Assembly (NCBI RefSeq): GCF_021028975.2
Contig: NC_059425.1
Coordinates: 84,878,001 to 84,942,000, forward strand
Source of the DNA: Sphaerodactylus townsendi
Lineage: Eukaryota
DNA length: 64,000 nt
Direction of reading: 5' to 3'
The translations under genes and the position numbers were made by a program. The notes beneath the pieces were generated by a model. The model ran no database searches. It worked only from the letters and a program-made list of their open reading frames with translations, and had not been told where the DNA came from. Shown here piece after piece: positions 22,334-34,980 of the stretch (its first letter is position 1; every line of letters starts with the position of its first letter).

Positions 22334-23095
22334 TCAGTTTTCATTCTCCTTGAACATTTTGCTTAAATGTTCAACTAATGCTACAAGCTCCGGGTTTCCC
22401 CCAAGAGATTCAATCTGTCTATAAGCTTCAGACTCAAGTTGTTTTAAGGTTTTTCGTGTATATTCAAAGGAACCCACACTCTCAAGGTAATGTACACAGT
22501 ATTTTTTTATATCTACATTTTCAGTCCTCTGTCGCAGGATATTCTGAACTTGTGTGCTTTCTGGCCTGGACCATATGGCATGGATAGTCGGGAATGAGAA
22601 TTTCCCTTCGGTTAAGTCTTCACAAAAACTTTTGTTCTCACTATATTCTTTGGAGTGCAAGTTTGCATAGTCATCTCTAATTTGAAAGAGGAGCCCAAGG
22701 GTGTTAAGAAGTGGTTTTAAATCTTTTTTGAAGTTAGAGAACAACTGCATGAGGCCCACAGCTAGTCCAAAAAGGCCACCTGTCTTTTGCAGAACCATGG
22801 TTTTATATTCTGCTTCTGTGGGGCAGGTGTAAGTATCTCTCCAGTAAATATCCAGGCCTTGGCCTTTATGGAGCTCCAACAGCTGGCGAGTAAATACAGC
22901 TACAGCATCTGTATGATCAAGTGTTAAAACCTTCTCCAAGCCAAGAAAATACACAAAATTTGCACAATTTATTACAGATGGTATTCCATAGATACTGTGA
23001 GCCACTGGAAAACCTCGTCGAAGCTTTGAATTATCTTCTATGTCATCTATAAGTAAGCTAGCATTGTGCAACATTTCTGTCACTTCAATTATAAC
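22334..23095 (-). CDS. GGPS1: GGPS1 exon 4 (codons 48-300)
   Basis: DDIED and DDYAN motifs, canonical acceptor. Exon lengths 70+71+762 = 903 nt = 300 aa plus stop. Confidence 0.97.
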   Translation of the reverse strand, partial: VIIEVTEMLHNASLLIDDIEDNSKLRRGFPVAHSIYGIPSVINCANFVYFLGLEKVLTLDHTDAVAVFTRQLLELHKGQGLDIYWRDTYTCPTEAEYKTMVLQKTGGLFGLAVGLMQLFSNFKKDLKPLLNTLGLLFQIRDDYANLHSKEYSENKSFCEDLTEGKFSFPTIHAIWSRPESTQVQNILRQRTENVDIKKYCVHYLESVGSFEYTRKTLKQLESEAYRQIESLGGNPELVALVEHLSKMFKENEN

Positions 23096-23474
23096 CTAAA
23101 GGAAGAAAAAACAAGAGTAAGTTCAGTATTTCAATTTTATACACAGACATTTCACACTTGACAGAGGGATTATTTATTTTGCTCTCCAAATAAAAAATGT
23201 TAAGTGAGAGTAAAACCTTTAATTAGAGCTGAGCTATTTTGGGGATGTCTCTTACCTGCTTCAACCTGTATCAGACCCAGGCTGCTTGCCACTTAATACT
23301 TCAGACAGTTCCTTTCACTGAGGCATGTACATTTTAGACTTTGGGTCTATACATATTGTCAGGGCCTTGTGGCTAGCCTTTACTTTTACTTGAGGCGCTT
23401 TTATGCTCTCCAGGTTTAACCTTCTGCCTTCAGCAATACTTTATGCCAGATTTGAATACCTATCACAAGAAATA

Positions 23475-24264
23475 ACGTATACTCACATATAAGTCGAATT
23501 TTTCAGCACATTTTTTATGCTGAAAAAGCCCCCCTCGACTTATACGCGAGCAAGGTGTATTGTAAAAAACATTTTAGGGTTTTTACTTTGTCGGCCGCCA
23601 TGGGGCACAGTTTTTAGGCTAGCGGCACCAAAATTTCAGGGATTTTTCAAGAGACTCTCCTGATGATACCACCCAAGTTTGGTAAAGTTTGGTTCAGGGG
23701 TCCAAAGTTATGGACCCCCAAAGGAGGTGCCCCATCCCCCATTGTTTCCAATGGGAGCTAATAGTAGATGGGGCTACATTTTGAGGGTCCATAACTTTGG
23801 ACCCCTTGAACCAAACTTCACCAAACCTGGGTGGTATCATCAGGAGGGTCTCCTAAAGATACTTGGAAATGTTGGTACTGTTAACATAAACATTCCTCCC
23901 CTGATCAAAAATCCAGTTTTGAAGGATTTTAACTCTTGTGTTTTAGCTTGGTTGCTGATTGAGCCAAGGTTTTTGTACTTTTAAAGTTATTGTTGAGACC
24001 CTATTGTTTTTGTTGACCCTCTTTTCCACTTACAGAGCTAGTTTACTGTTTTTCTTTGAAATAAATATTCAAAAACATTTAACCTACTGATGCCTCAATT
24101 AATGTAATTTTATTGGTATCTATTTTTATTTTTGAAATTTACCAGTTGCTGCTGCATTTCCCACCCTCGATTTATATGCGAGTCAATACGTTTTCCCAGT
24201 TTTCTGTGGTAAAATTAAGTGCCTCTACTTATATGTGGGTCGACTTATACACAAGTATATACAG
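23475..24264. mobile_element. Tc1/mariner-type MITE present only in the right arm
   Basis: TIRs cgtatactcacatataagtcga / tcgacttatacacaagtatatac. The left arm shows the empty site at about 6367. There is an internal palindromic segment at about 23640-23850. Confidence 0.75.
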
Positions 24265-24599
24265 GTTTTTTGGGTTTCTATCTCCCTTGTTATAATGCAG
24301 CTTTTATACTTAGTTAATGAACTCCATAATTATTCTCTTACTTCATAAATATCAGGGTCATTCAGATGTATTGGTATTACAAGTTTTATCTGACTAGAAT
24401 TCTTATCAATTTGCTGGGTATTTCCTAGTTGGTCTGAGCAACCATAGATTGCTTGTAAATTACTATGAATAATTTTATCCTTATTCTGTTTAAGTTTGTG
24501 ATCCTTTTAGTGTACCTTCTGACATGCAGATCTGTGTCAACTGGCTATGTAGTACTTTAGACTGCTTAGCATATGCATCAAATACTTAATAAAGGTTCT

Positions 24600-25085
24600 G
24601 TATTTATTTATTTATATTTATTTATTTATATTTTTAATTATATGCCGCCCTCCCCAACAGGGCCCAGGGCGGCAACAATACAGAATCCAAATATAATAAT
24701 AAAATAACCAACAGTACAGTACTTAAAACACCAATAATAGATGGTGAAAAATCCCTCCCCCAACCCCCACTTACTGCACCCATGGGAGGCCAATGATAGT
24801 ACTGGTCAGGCCAGCTGGCTGGCTAGATGGAAATGCCTGGTGGAAAAGCTCTGTTCAAGTCCTGCAGGGCCCTGATTTCACCGGGGAGCTTGTTCCACCA
24901 GGTAGGGGCTAGGGCTGAGAAGGCCCTGGCCCTTGTAGCCAGACATCTTTCGGGCCAGGGATCTCCAGGAAGTTTCCCTCCAAATGACCGGAGAGATCTA
25001 ATGGGGCACTACGGGGAGAGGCGGTCCTGTAGGTATGCAGGCCCAAGACCGCTCACAGCCTTAAAGGTTAACACCAATTATTGAG
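24600..25085 (-). mobile_element. L2-type LINE 3' fragment (mirror of 5545-6031)
   Basis: Near-identical reverse complement of the left-arm copy. Confidence 0.7.
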
Positions 25086-25208
25086 CAGTACTAATACAGA
25101 AAATGTTAGAGTCAATATTCACGTAAACATCACGTCAATATTCATGTAAACATTTATAAAGGAATATAAATTCTATTAAAAAGACACAAAGTGAAGATCA
25201 TGAATTAC

Positions 25209-25279
25209 CTGAAGTTTATCTTCAGGAACATTCAGCCAGTGATTAAAGGCTTGAGAGAGTTTGGTTCTGACTTGTTTAC
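25209..25279 (-). CDS. GGPS1: GGPS1 exon 3 (71 nt)
   Basis: cag|GTAAACAAG...CTTCAG|gtaatt on the minus strand; phase fits exons 2 and 4. Confidence 0.96.
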
Positions 25280-25343
25280 CTGTAATTAAAAACAATTACA
25301 ACATCAACACTTAATGTACTTCTAGAATTTCAAATTTAACTGC

Positions 25344-25434
25344 NNNNNNNNNNNNNNNNNNNNNNNNNNNNNNNNNNNNNNNNNNNNNNNNNNNNNNNNN
25401 NNNNNNNNNNNNNNNNNNNNNNNNNNNNNNNNNN
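25344..25434. other. Assembly gap
   Basis: N run. Confidence 1.
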
Positions 25435-26480
25435 GGGGGGAGGGAGGAGAGCCAGGGCAGGGGTTTCCTTTCCTTCCACGTAAGCCTTTCGATTTCTTCT
25501 TGGCAACTGGGGAAAGTAAGTGGACTGGGGTGCCCCAGTTTGGGAGTTTTAAGATGCTGGTGATTGCAGGGGGAGTGTTTATCTCTGCATCTGCTTGCTG
25601 CCCCTCCATGAGTGCGCCCATGGCGGCTTGGCACCGGCGGCGGGCACAGGAGGGAACCGAAGCCGCCGGTGGGGGGGAGCGATGGGCCTGTGGGGGGAGG
25701 GGGAGCAATGGGAAGAAAACAAACCTTCCCGTGCCCGCCGCTGGTGCCAGGCCGCCGTGGTCGCCCTCGAGAAGAAGCAACCAGCGCCCCTGGAAGTCCT
25801 GGGCTCTCTGCCTCACAGGCTGGCAGGAGCGCTTGTTGCTTCTCCTCGAGGGCGCCCACGGCGGCCTGGCACCGGCGGCGGGCACAGGAAGGAACCGAAA
25901 CCGCCAGTGGTCTGCCTGTTGGGGCGGGTGGGAGGGGGGAGCAATGGGCATCGGGAGGAAAAAACAAGTTAAACAAACCTATGGCACGAGGTGGCTGCGA
26001 GGGAGGACACAGGCTGCTGAAGTCGGCACTGGCAGGCAGGACTCGGAGGCAAAAGCCCGAGCCCGCTCCATGTGCCACATGCCTGTGCCTGCTGCTGCTG
26101 TTGTGTTTCTTCCTGGGCCTCCTCACTTTCCCTTCCCGGCTTTGCTGCTACTGGCCAATCAGCAGGGAAGGATCTTTGTGTGCGCACAGCCCGGAAAAGT
26201 CAAGGCACACTGGGTCGAAGGGAGGCGGAGCTCCCCCGCCCGCCCACTCTGGTGGCTTGTTTGATTGGTGGGACTGGCCCAGTGGGCTACTGGCGTCCAG
26301 AGTGGGCGGGGCTAGGGCAGCCTGAGCCGATTTCTAAAGCAATGCAGCTTGCCAGCTCGGCGCTGCTTGCTTTGCTTCACATGATGGTGCAGTCTGTGGG
26401 GGCGGCCCCCACGTGACCAAAATTGTTGCGCCTGGGGACAAGGGGTACCCCTCGTCCCTAGGCAAATACGCTTCTGCTGC
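25435..26480. mobile_element. GC-rich non-autonomous element in GGPS1 intron 2
   Basis: Internal direct and inverted repeats (ggcaccggcggcgggcacagga). Terminus cccccacgtgacc...tacgcttctg resembles the ends at about 12128 and 60590. Confidence 0.5.
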
Positions 26481-27225
26481 CAGTACACTCTAGTAGTGCT
26501 TATGGCAATTGCCCAGTTGTCACCCAAAAGCATACATCACGGGAGAGTTATGGGCAGTGGTTGGATCTGAGACAACTGTCTTCTAGCGAGTGCTAAATTA
26601 CAAGAGTTTTTATTAAACCGGAAAGTAGTTTGTGAGAATAATGTTTTCAGACATGTGTGGAAGCTGAAACTCCTAAATATTTTGATGACTATGGCAATTA
26701 AATAAAGGACTGTGGGACATCACAGGTCTTCATGTTCAGCAGCTTCATAGTATGAATGAACTTTACTACTACTTCTCTGCTTGAAGCCACTGTTTCACTC
26801 AGCTAGAAGAAGAAGAGCTTCTGTTTATTGTGTAAATTGGCTATTCTAGTAATTCCACGTACTTTCATGACAATCCAAGTCAAGGCAACACCGTGCTTTT
26901 ACTCACATGGTTGATAAAGGCACACATCAGTGCTCAACAAGATCTTAAGTGGTCTTGACATGCCCACAGAAAAACTGCAGGGTAGGAGCATGAAATGCAA
27001 ATCCAGACCAAAGTTTGTCAAACAAACTAACTGAAATAGACAGAAAGTGAGCAAAAACATGCAATAGCAAGGTAGCAATGGGAACAAGTAAGCAATAGCT
27101 GCTGCTTTTGAGGACAGATGAAACCAAGCCTTCGACTTAAAACAAATCAAGTTAAATTGCAATCAGGATCACAAGAACTGCTATGGCAATCAGATGCTGA
27201 CTAAATTCAACAAATTGAGTATTAC

Positions 27226-27295
27226 CTGGTAGCTGAAGTAGGTAATGATATGGCTCCATCAGAATTCTGTTGCATGTTCCTTCTACTTGTTCCAT
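27226..27295 (-). CDS. GGPS1: GGPS1 exon 2 coding part (whole exon 27226-27328)
   Basis: MEQVEGTCNRILMEPYHYLLQLP(G), 70 nt, donor G|gtaat, acceptor ttttcctgaacag. Resembles the human N-terminus ...RILLEPYKYLLQLPG. Confidence 0.95.
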
Positions 27296-28589
27296 TTTTA
27301 AGGTTTTTATTTCCAAGGGTGGGTCAGTCTGTTCAGGAAAAAAAATTACCGGTACTAATACTGTAGTTTATATGTTTCTTATCATGCATACAGATCTCAC
27401 AATGGAATATGTAGGGTAGGGTGAAGGAAAACAAAGCAGGGAAACTATCACAGCGTACAGGCCAATATGAAGAAGATATTCTTGGAAAGTGCTAACAGTG
27501 CAAAACCTGAGTTGCATCTTTGCAAGAACAAAATAAAAGGATTCTACACCAGTGGGGCTTAAGTCTTCCAAGCTAGTTAGGTCACACCTCCAATAGGCTC
27601 AGGCAGGGCTATGAAAATGTTTGTAAGCTCTCCTGGGCGATGAGGAATGCATCCTCCAGACTGGGTAGCCCTGCTGGCATAGACAGTTGCTAGTTCCTAG
27701 CTTCACCAAATTTAACTGCAAAAACTCTTCAAAGACCATGTCCAGGAGAAAAATGTGAAGACCCCTTTACGAGCAGTTCTGAAAAGAAAAAGAATGCCGT
27801 TAAGGAGAGCTCTCTTCACCGGAGGCTTCAGGGATGGGAGACCAGCAATCCCCTGGTCAGGTGGAGTTGCCCTGGGCAGGGATTCCAGAAGCTCTGGAAC
27901 CGTCCCTGGCTTCAACGAGACTACCACATGGAGCGCTAATGGTCCTCCAGGTCCTGGGGATAGAAGCCTGCCTTCAGTGCCCCAGATGAAGCTGGAGACA
28001 AGCAGTTCCGAGGCAAGATTATTTTATTCATTTGATTTCGTAAACCGCCCTACCCCCGAAGGGCTCAGGCAGTGAGCTCTCTCTCCCCCTCTCCCATCAG
28101 CACCCCTAACTGCAGCAGGTTAATCACATTGGGCTCTTTCCTCCCAAGGCAGTCTCTTGCAATTCAGCCTCCCTTTTGGGAGGGAAGGCAGCAAAACAGC
28201 TTACTCAACAAGGTGGCTATGCCGTTTTTTCCTGCACAGAATGAGCAATGGCCTGGTCCTGAGTAGGAGTTTCCCTGGCCACCAACCTTTGCAGGCAGAC
28301 AACAAGCCATGCCAGGAGGCTGGATAGCTGAATGTGGGATGCAGATTGAGTTGCGGGCAGTGAGCCAGGCACCAGGAAAAGGAGCAGGGAAAGACCCTCC
28401 TCCCCCACATAGCTGCAAGGGTGCGTTTTTAGCAGAGGAGGCTTTCCCTGGCCAAGTGCTTGCCCCTAAGCGGCCCAGGCTTGATGAGATCTCAGAGGAG
28501 GACAGCAAAGGAACAGGAGTGGATTCTATCTACTCGATCTCCTGCAAAATGTTCCAGAACGGTAAGAAAACACTCCCTTGCCCATTTAG

Positions 28590-28980
28590 ACCCAGCATGG
28601 TGTCGTGGTTAAGAGCAGGTGACTCTAATCTGGAGAACCGGGTTTGATTCCCCGTTCCTCCACATCAGGGGTCTTCAAACTATGGCCCTCCAGATGTTCA
28701 TAGACTACAATTCCCATCAGCCCCTGCCAGCATGGCCAAGTGGTAGGGCTCATGGGAATTGTAGCCTATGAACATCTGGAGGGCCATAGTTTAAAGACCC
28801 CTGCTCCACATGAATGGCAAAGTCTTATCTGGTGTACCAGATTTGTTTTCCCATTCCTACACGTTCCTGCTGAGTGGTTCTGGGCTAGTCACAATTCTTT
28901 GGAACTCGCTCAGCCCATCTCAAAAGTATCTATTGGGCGGAGAGGAAAAGAGGGGTGTAAATCCAAAACTCTTCTCTTCC
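28590..28980 (+). mobile_element. tRNA-derived SINE
   Basis: A-box-like tggtgtcgtggttaa and B-box-like ggtttgattccc; ctt-rich tail. Confidence 0.7.
28666..28803. mobile_element. hAT-type MITE nested in the SINE
   Basis: Fold-back CAGGGGTCTTCAAACTATGGCCC...GGGCCATAGTTTAAAGACCCCTG with a perfect 8-bp TSD ctccacat. Confidence 0.9.
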
Positions 28981-30497
28981 TCATAGAGCCATTTGGGAGA
29001 CAGTGCAACACCTGCTGGACTCTGAGTCAGTGAGATCATCAGCAGTCCTATAAACTGATAAGGAAGAAGTTGAATGGTCTGATACGGAGGATACGGAGGA
29101 TGAAACCCACAACAACTCAGCCAAACTATTTCAGGCGGAGCATTTTCAAAGGCTACTGAAGAACGTCATCACCACATCAAAATATCAGATTGAGGATTCT
29201 TTCTCTTCCTGTGTACATTTAGACACAAGAGGCTTCAAGCAGGCATCAGAGTCACCCTCATGGTGTCCCCTCCCAGAGTCTTTTGACAAGATATTCAAAG
29301 GGGCAAATCTGGGCAACTCCTCAGCACAGGGGATGATTGCCAGGAAATTCTATGTGCTGACACAGAATTCAATGGATGACCTAAAGGTGCCCCTAGTCAA
29401 TGCTCCAATAATGGCCCTGCATTCCAGAGTGATCCTATCCAAAGATGGTGGCAATGTCCTCAAGGATTCAGTTGACAGTAAAAATGTAGCAGAGCTGAAG
29501 AAATCTCAAGAGGTTGTATCCTGACCATTGGAGATTCAGCAGTTCTGACCAATTTCACCCGTGACAAAGTAAAGTGGGCTGATGACTTACTTGAGGACCC
29601 AGATGCATTCCTTGCCACTGTGAGATCGTTACGAAAAATACAGAGAGTGGCGGATGTGTCTCAGGATACAATTAAGTTTTGCATCAGGACACAAATAATT
29701 AATATGCTGGTTCACCACAATTCATGGATACAGAACAGGAAAGTGGACCCATCGACCAAATCAGGAACGCCATGCTGGATAAGGCACTAGTGGAGATGAA
29801 GGATAAAAAGAAGGCTGTGCCCTCTTCATCTTCCTATCCTTCTGGGGACAACAATGCTAGGACCGAGTCTGACAGGTCCGTTCATCCCTGCATCAAAGGA
29901 AGAGACCACAGGGACCAGCTCCTACTGCTCTAGGAACCTGAGAGCTAATCTCTGTATAAATTGGTATTAAAGATTCCTTATCCAAGCCTCTTTCAAATAA
30001 GCAGTCTGCTTTAAGCTAATTTCCACACATTATTGAGAGACTGTGTCCCCACCTTGGGCAACAGGGGAGTGTACTCACCTGACTTTGTTGTTCTGAAGAA
30101 GTTCGGACAGTGGACAGTTATCTTCAATCTTAAGTGTCTCAACCTGTAGGTTCAAAAAAGGAAGTTTTGAATGGAATCTTTGTGCCATCCTATGATGATC
30201 CAGTACCATGACTTCCTGATGTCTACAGACCTGAGGGAGGAATAATTATATATCTCTATTCACCGCTATTCATGGCACTACCTATGCCTTTGTCTGGGAG
30301 TCCTCTATTTCCAATACAAGACCTTGCCCTTTGGCCTGTCTCCTTCCCCCTGGGTGCTCTCCAAGTTCTGGTGGTGGTGGCCTACCTGCGGACAAAGGGA
30401 ATCCATTGCTACCCTTACCTGGACATTATCCTCCTCAGGTCAGAGCCAAGGAGTGCCCAACTAAAGGACAAGATAAGTACAATTCAGTTGATAAAGG

Positions 30498-30905
30498 CAG
30501 AAGTGGGATTCAGCCGGTTCGCCCTAGTTCGCCAAAACCGGTAGCTAAAGTTCAGCTTAGTTTGCCGAACCGGCTGCATTGCACCACCCCAGGGAAGGGA
30601 AAAGTGAGGGGGCTGTTAGAGCCCCGGAGGCACCAGGCTTCCCCCGGGAGTTTGAACAGCCCCCTTGCTTTCTGCCGTGGCAGCGGGAGCGAGGGGGCTG
30701 CTACAGCCCAGGAGAAGCCTGGTGCTGGCATCAGGTTTCCCCAGGACTTTGAACGGCCCCCTCGCTTTCAGACCCCAGTAGAAGCCTTGCAGTGATAGAA
30801 GCCAATCCCCTTCCACAGCAGCCAGCGAAGTGTGAGGCGGGGGAAGGGGGGGCGATGGGGGGGATCTACTGAACTGGTAGTTAGATTAATAGAATCCCAC
30901 CACTG
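30498..30905. mobile_element. hAT-type MITE interrupting the DIRS RT
   Basis: TIRs cagaagtgggattc / gaatcccaccactg with an 8-bp TSD gataaagg. Confidence 0.85.
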
Positions 30906-32494
30906 GATAAAGGAGCATGGGTTCCTAATCAACAGGAGAAAGCGTCCGCTAGATCTGATCTGAAACAGTGCTCATTTGGGGGCAAAAACTGACTCAGCAG
31001 TGGGCAAAGTTTTCTGATCAGAAGAAAAGCAGTCGAAGATCAGACAGGCCATCTGGGTACTGTGCACTCAATAGGAAGATGTGATGGACCAAGGCCTTCT
31101 ACCACAGACATCATCCCTTGAGCCTGTCTGCATGTGAAGCCATTATAACAGACCCTTCTCCCCTACCAGAAGGACCGCTGCCCCAAACCGCTCAGAATGA
31201 TCCAACTGCCAGCAATGTTATGGAGAAAGATTCGGCTGATAGATGCTTCAGGCTTGAAGGAAAGTGTTCTTATGCCCCTGCCACAGATAGTAGTGACACT
31301 GGACATCAGCAAGTCAGAATGGGGTGCCCACTGCCAAGACCTGGTGGCCCAGGGTACATGTTGAACCAAGGAACAGGAAAACAGGACAAACTGGCTGGAG
31401 CTGAGGGTGATCCACAAGGGTCTGTTGACCTTTCAGAATCACATCCAGAGCTGTCATGTGTTGATACAAATGGACAACACAATAGCAGAAGATCGTGTGG
31501 ATCGCCAATGGGACATCCAAGCATACTATCTTCATAAGGAAGCCCTCATTCTTCTGAGCTGGCCAGAGTGCAATGTGCTGTCCATCAGGGGCGTGGGAAA
31601 TATATAGGCCAACTGGCCAAGCAGAAAATTGCTGGATCAGGGAGAAAGGTTACTGGACAAGTCAGCCTTCCAGGACCTAGAAAGATGGTTTTGAAAGACT
31701 CATATAGATTCTACTCATCATTCTGACAGGCACAAGTGGAAGGGGAGGATGCCCTCCTTCAGAAGTGGCCTTCAGGGACACACTGTGCCTTCCTTCCCTC
31801 ACCTCTGATTGGGAGAGTGATCAACCAGACAATGGTGCTGCTGATCGTCTCTCACTGGCAGAGGAGGGTGTGGGTTTTGGATCTGGTCCGCCTGACTAAG
31901 GCACTCCCACTGAGACGAGCAGCACACAACAATCATATGTCATGGGGCCAATCCTTCATCCAGATGTTACATGCTTCCACCTCACAACATGCCTATTGAG
32001 AGGTTATGGCTTCCTGGAAGAGCTGGTGGACATAATGTTACAAGCTTTCAGGGGAGACTGCCACCCAAGAGACTTTACAGTTCTACCCGGCTTATCCTTT
32101 AGTTGCTGGGTAAAAGGGGCAGTTAACCCTTTGAGTCCATCTTACAGGGACATTGTGCTGTTTCTGTTCAATGGCTGGAAACTGGACCTAAGGCCACATG
32201 TTCTGAGACATTAGGCGGCAGCTTTGGTGGGGATTTTGGATGGCAGGAGATTTCTGTCAGCCAATAATTTTGTGAGGAGGTTCCTTAAAGGAGCAACACA
32301 ACTATCAAAACCAGCAGCACACCCCACATGGAGCTTGGGTAGAGTTCTGAGAGCCCTGACGATGGATCCATCTGTCTTGGAAGGTGGCATTTTTAGTTGC
32401 CATCACATCTGCCAGAAGGGTGTTAGAGTTGGCAGTGCTTTCAGTACAAAAAGAACTGTGTGTTTCCAAAGACTCCAGTGTAGGGCAAGGAAAC

Positions 32495-32780
32495 ATTACG
32501 TGTTTCCCAGAGCTTCCTAATATATAAGACAGTGTCTTTATATTGAATTTTTTGCCTCCCCAAAGATGCTGTTATGTATCTTGCTTATTTTCTTGTGGGA
32601 TGTCTTATTTTTCTCGGGTAAGTTCTGTTCAAATCCTGGCATGTATGCTCTCCAAACAAAAAACTTTGCTATATGTCTTTACTTCTCGGGGATGCCTTAT
32701 ATTTCTCAGACTTCAGCAAAACCTCTACTATGTCTTATTTTTGAGAGGGATGCTCTTATATTCGGGGAAACAGAGGGTAG
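32495..32780. mobile_element. Tc1/mariner-type MITE in the DIRS YR
   Basis: Ends gtgtttccc / ggggaaacag, with repeated gtcttatttt sub-terminal motifs. Confidence 0.55.
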
Positions 32781-34149
32781 GAGCAAAAAAAATTGCCAGG
32801 AGCCATGAGTCATATTAAGCTCCAGAAACCCAGCCAACAGCTGTAGACTCCAGGGGACAATCCCTTCTTTGGTGCCTAAAGTGCAGTCTAATTTTCATAT
32901 CAATCAGCAGGTGATCCAGCCTTCCTTCTGCCTGAACCTTGCACATCCCAAGAAAAAAGAACGGCACACTTTGGACACGGGTGGAGCATCGATAATCTAT
33001 ATTAAACAGATGAAGGACACATTTCATTCAGACACCATGTTTGTGCTGTATGGACCCACCAACACTGGCAAGAAGGCATCAAAAGCTTCAATAGCTTGCT
33101 GGGTCAAGCTCTGCATCCAGCGGGCATATGAATCCCAAGAACTTACTGGAAAAAACTGTGCTGCACTCCACGAGGGTCACAGCAACATTCTCCACAAAGG
33201 CACCAGTGGAGGAAATCTGTAGAGTGGTGACTTGGTCCTCTTTTTTCACATTGATATAGCCCTACAGATGGAATCCACAGAATGCTATGGAGACAGCTTT
33301 CAGGAGAAGGGTATTGCAATAAATGGTGGCACGGAGCCTCTTTTTAAAGTGGCATTTAAAAATCTGAGCAGCGGACACTGCATTGGTGGGATAACGCTAG
33401 GAAGAAGAAGTTTTCCAGCATGATCTGGCCTTTTCCGTCTACCCACTTTCACCTTCAATGTTTTTGCTGCACTGCAGACAAAGTTGCTTCATACTGAAAC
33501 AATTATTCTCATCCATGATAAATACAGAACCTGCAACAGTAATATGGTCCCACACCAACTCAGCAACCCCTGGGCGTGCCAGGATACCATTTGCCAGTCA
33601 ACAGAATATCTAACTGCATCTCAATAGTTTCATAGACAATATCTGCACACTGAAGTGGTGAGTACAAGAAAGTGTAAAAGCTCCGTTGCAGTGAAGTGGA
33701 ACAAAGCCTTATTTAGAACTGAGCTGCTCAGCACTAACTATCCAGTATTAAGTCTCCAAGTCCTTGGAGACGCTGCACTTAAATTGGTTTAGGCTCATGA
33801 AAATCCACTTTAAACAGTGAATAGTTTGTATTCACACATCACACTTCTCCAAAACTGAAGTTACAGGTTTATATTCTGTGCCTAAGAATCCACCAGAATC
33901 AAAAAAGGAAATAAATGCCTGACAAATAGATACAAGAAAAACACATTCTGTGTTGGCTGAAAACAAATCACCCCAGATATTCTGTTATACAGATAATAAA
34001 TGTGAATGAATCAAGAGTCTCCATCTCAAATACAATACAGCATGCTGATATCTGTACTACAATACGCAAACAGTATGCATGTATTAAAAAGAAAAGCTAG
34101 AAAAGTAATGAACAATGCAGACAGTGAAGTCACATCTAACGTATGGCAC

Positions 34150-34980
34150 TCCCTCAGGATTTTCAACGAAAGATGTTCAGAGGTGACTTACCATTGCTTG
34201 CCTCTGCATCAGGACCCTGGTATCCCCTGGCTCCAAACTTGCTTCTCAGGCAGACCACAATTACTGTTTTCTACCCCAGATTTTTAAGTTAATTCAGACC
34301 GATGCATACATTAGGTTGTAAGCCCTTCTGAGGTAACTCCAAATAAAATATTAAACTTCCATTCATTTTTGCAGCAATCCATTCACAGTAATAAAGGGAA
34401 ACTGGCTCTCTCCACTGCATAGCTGGATGCACTATTACAAGTGGGGAAATAAAGACCTTGCAATATCGCAGGACTTCCCAAGGCTTCCTTCAACACAAAT
34501 AGCCTCCTCTCACCCATAGCCAGTTAGCTCTATTAGAAAAAGGGCTGGCTTTCAATGCAAGACCAGAAACTCAATGACAACATAACTCCCACAAGTACAC
34601 CGACTGTATCAAAACTCTATCCTAAGCAATCACCAGAAATTTTTCATCACACATTTTTAGATGTTCAGGACACCTATGCACACAAGCCCATAAATCGTAC
34701 CACCAGGAAAACCGCCGCCGCAACAACGGCCTTCCTCCTCTCCCTCACTATGGCGGACGGTTCCGCTAGGCACTAGTTAAGAAAGTAGACCGCCTTATGA
34801 CAGCCGCCTCTGCTCCAGAAACACGCGAGAAGGAACCACTGTTCGCCCTCAAACGAAGCAGCAGTTCTTTTTTTATTCCTTGAAGGTTTCCCATCCAAAT
34901 ACTAGCTCTCCCATCCAAATCCTCCTTTTCTTCTGAGATCTGATGAGATCAGGCCAGCCTGGGCCTATCCAGGTCAGGGA
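34150..34980 (-). mobile_element. 5S rRNA-derived SINE split by a 640 bp duplicated segment
   Basis: Minus strand ggcctgatctcatcagatctcagaa...agtatttggatgggaaacc (5S-like head) at 34880-34980. The SINE body is at 34150-34230. Confidence 0.6.
34231..34875 (+). repeat. Direct duplicate of 35675-36331
   Basis: Collinear similarity over about 640 bp with many small indels. Confidence 0.9.

Larger units (their letters stand above)
20580..25343 (-). repeat. Right arm of the GGPS1 inverted duplication
   Basis: Reverse complement of the left arm. It lacks the ~7.9 kb block 6456-14326 and carries an extra MITE. Confidence 0.95.
27550..33430 (+). mobile_element. Decayed DIRS retrotransposon in GGPS1 intron 1
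   Basis: Remnants in order: gag (VPLVNAPIMALHS), RT (YPYLDIIL), RNase H (VLIQMDN), YR (LVAITSARRV, FLVPKV, HSTR). Many stops and frameshifts; ends approximate. Confidence 0.85.

Noticed and set aside
25311-26416. 200-270 aa ORFs on both strands
   Set aside because: GC-rich repeat interior, and some run through the N gap.
28590-28665. tRNA gene
   Set aside because: Only A/B boxes of a SINE head, with no complete cloverleaf.
34880-34980. 5S rRNA gene
   Set aside because: Degenerate, internally deleted and joined to a SINE body.
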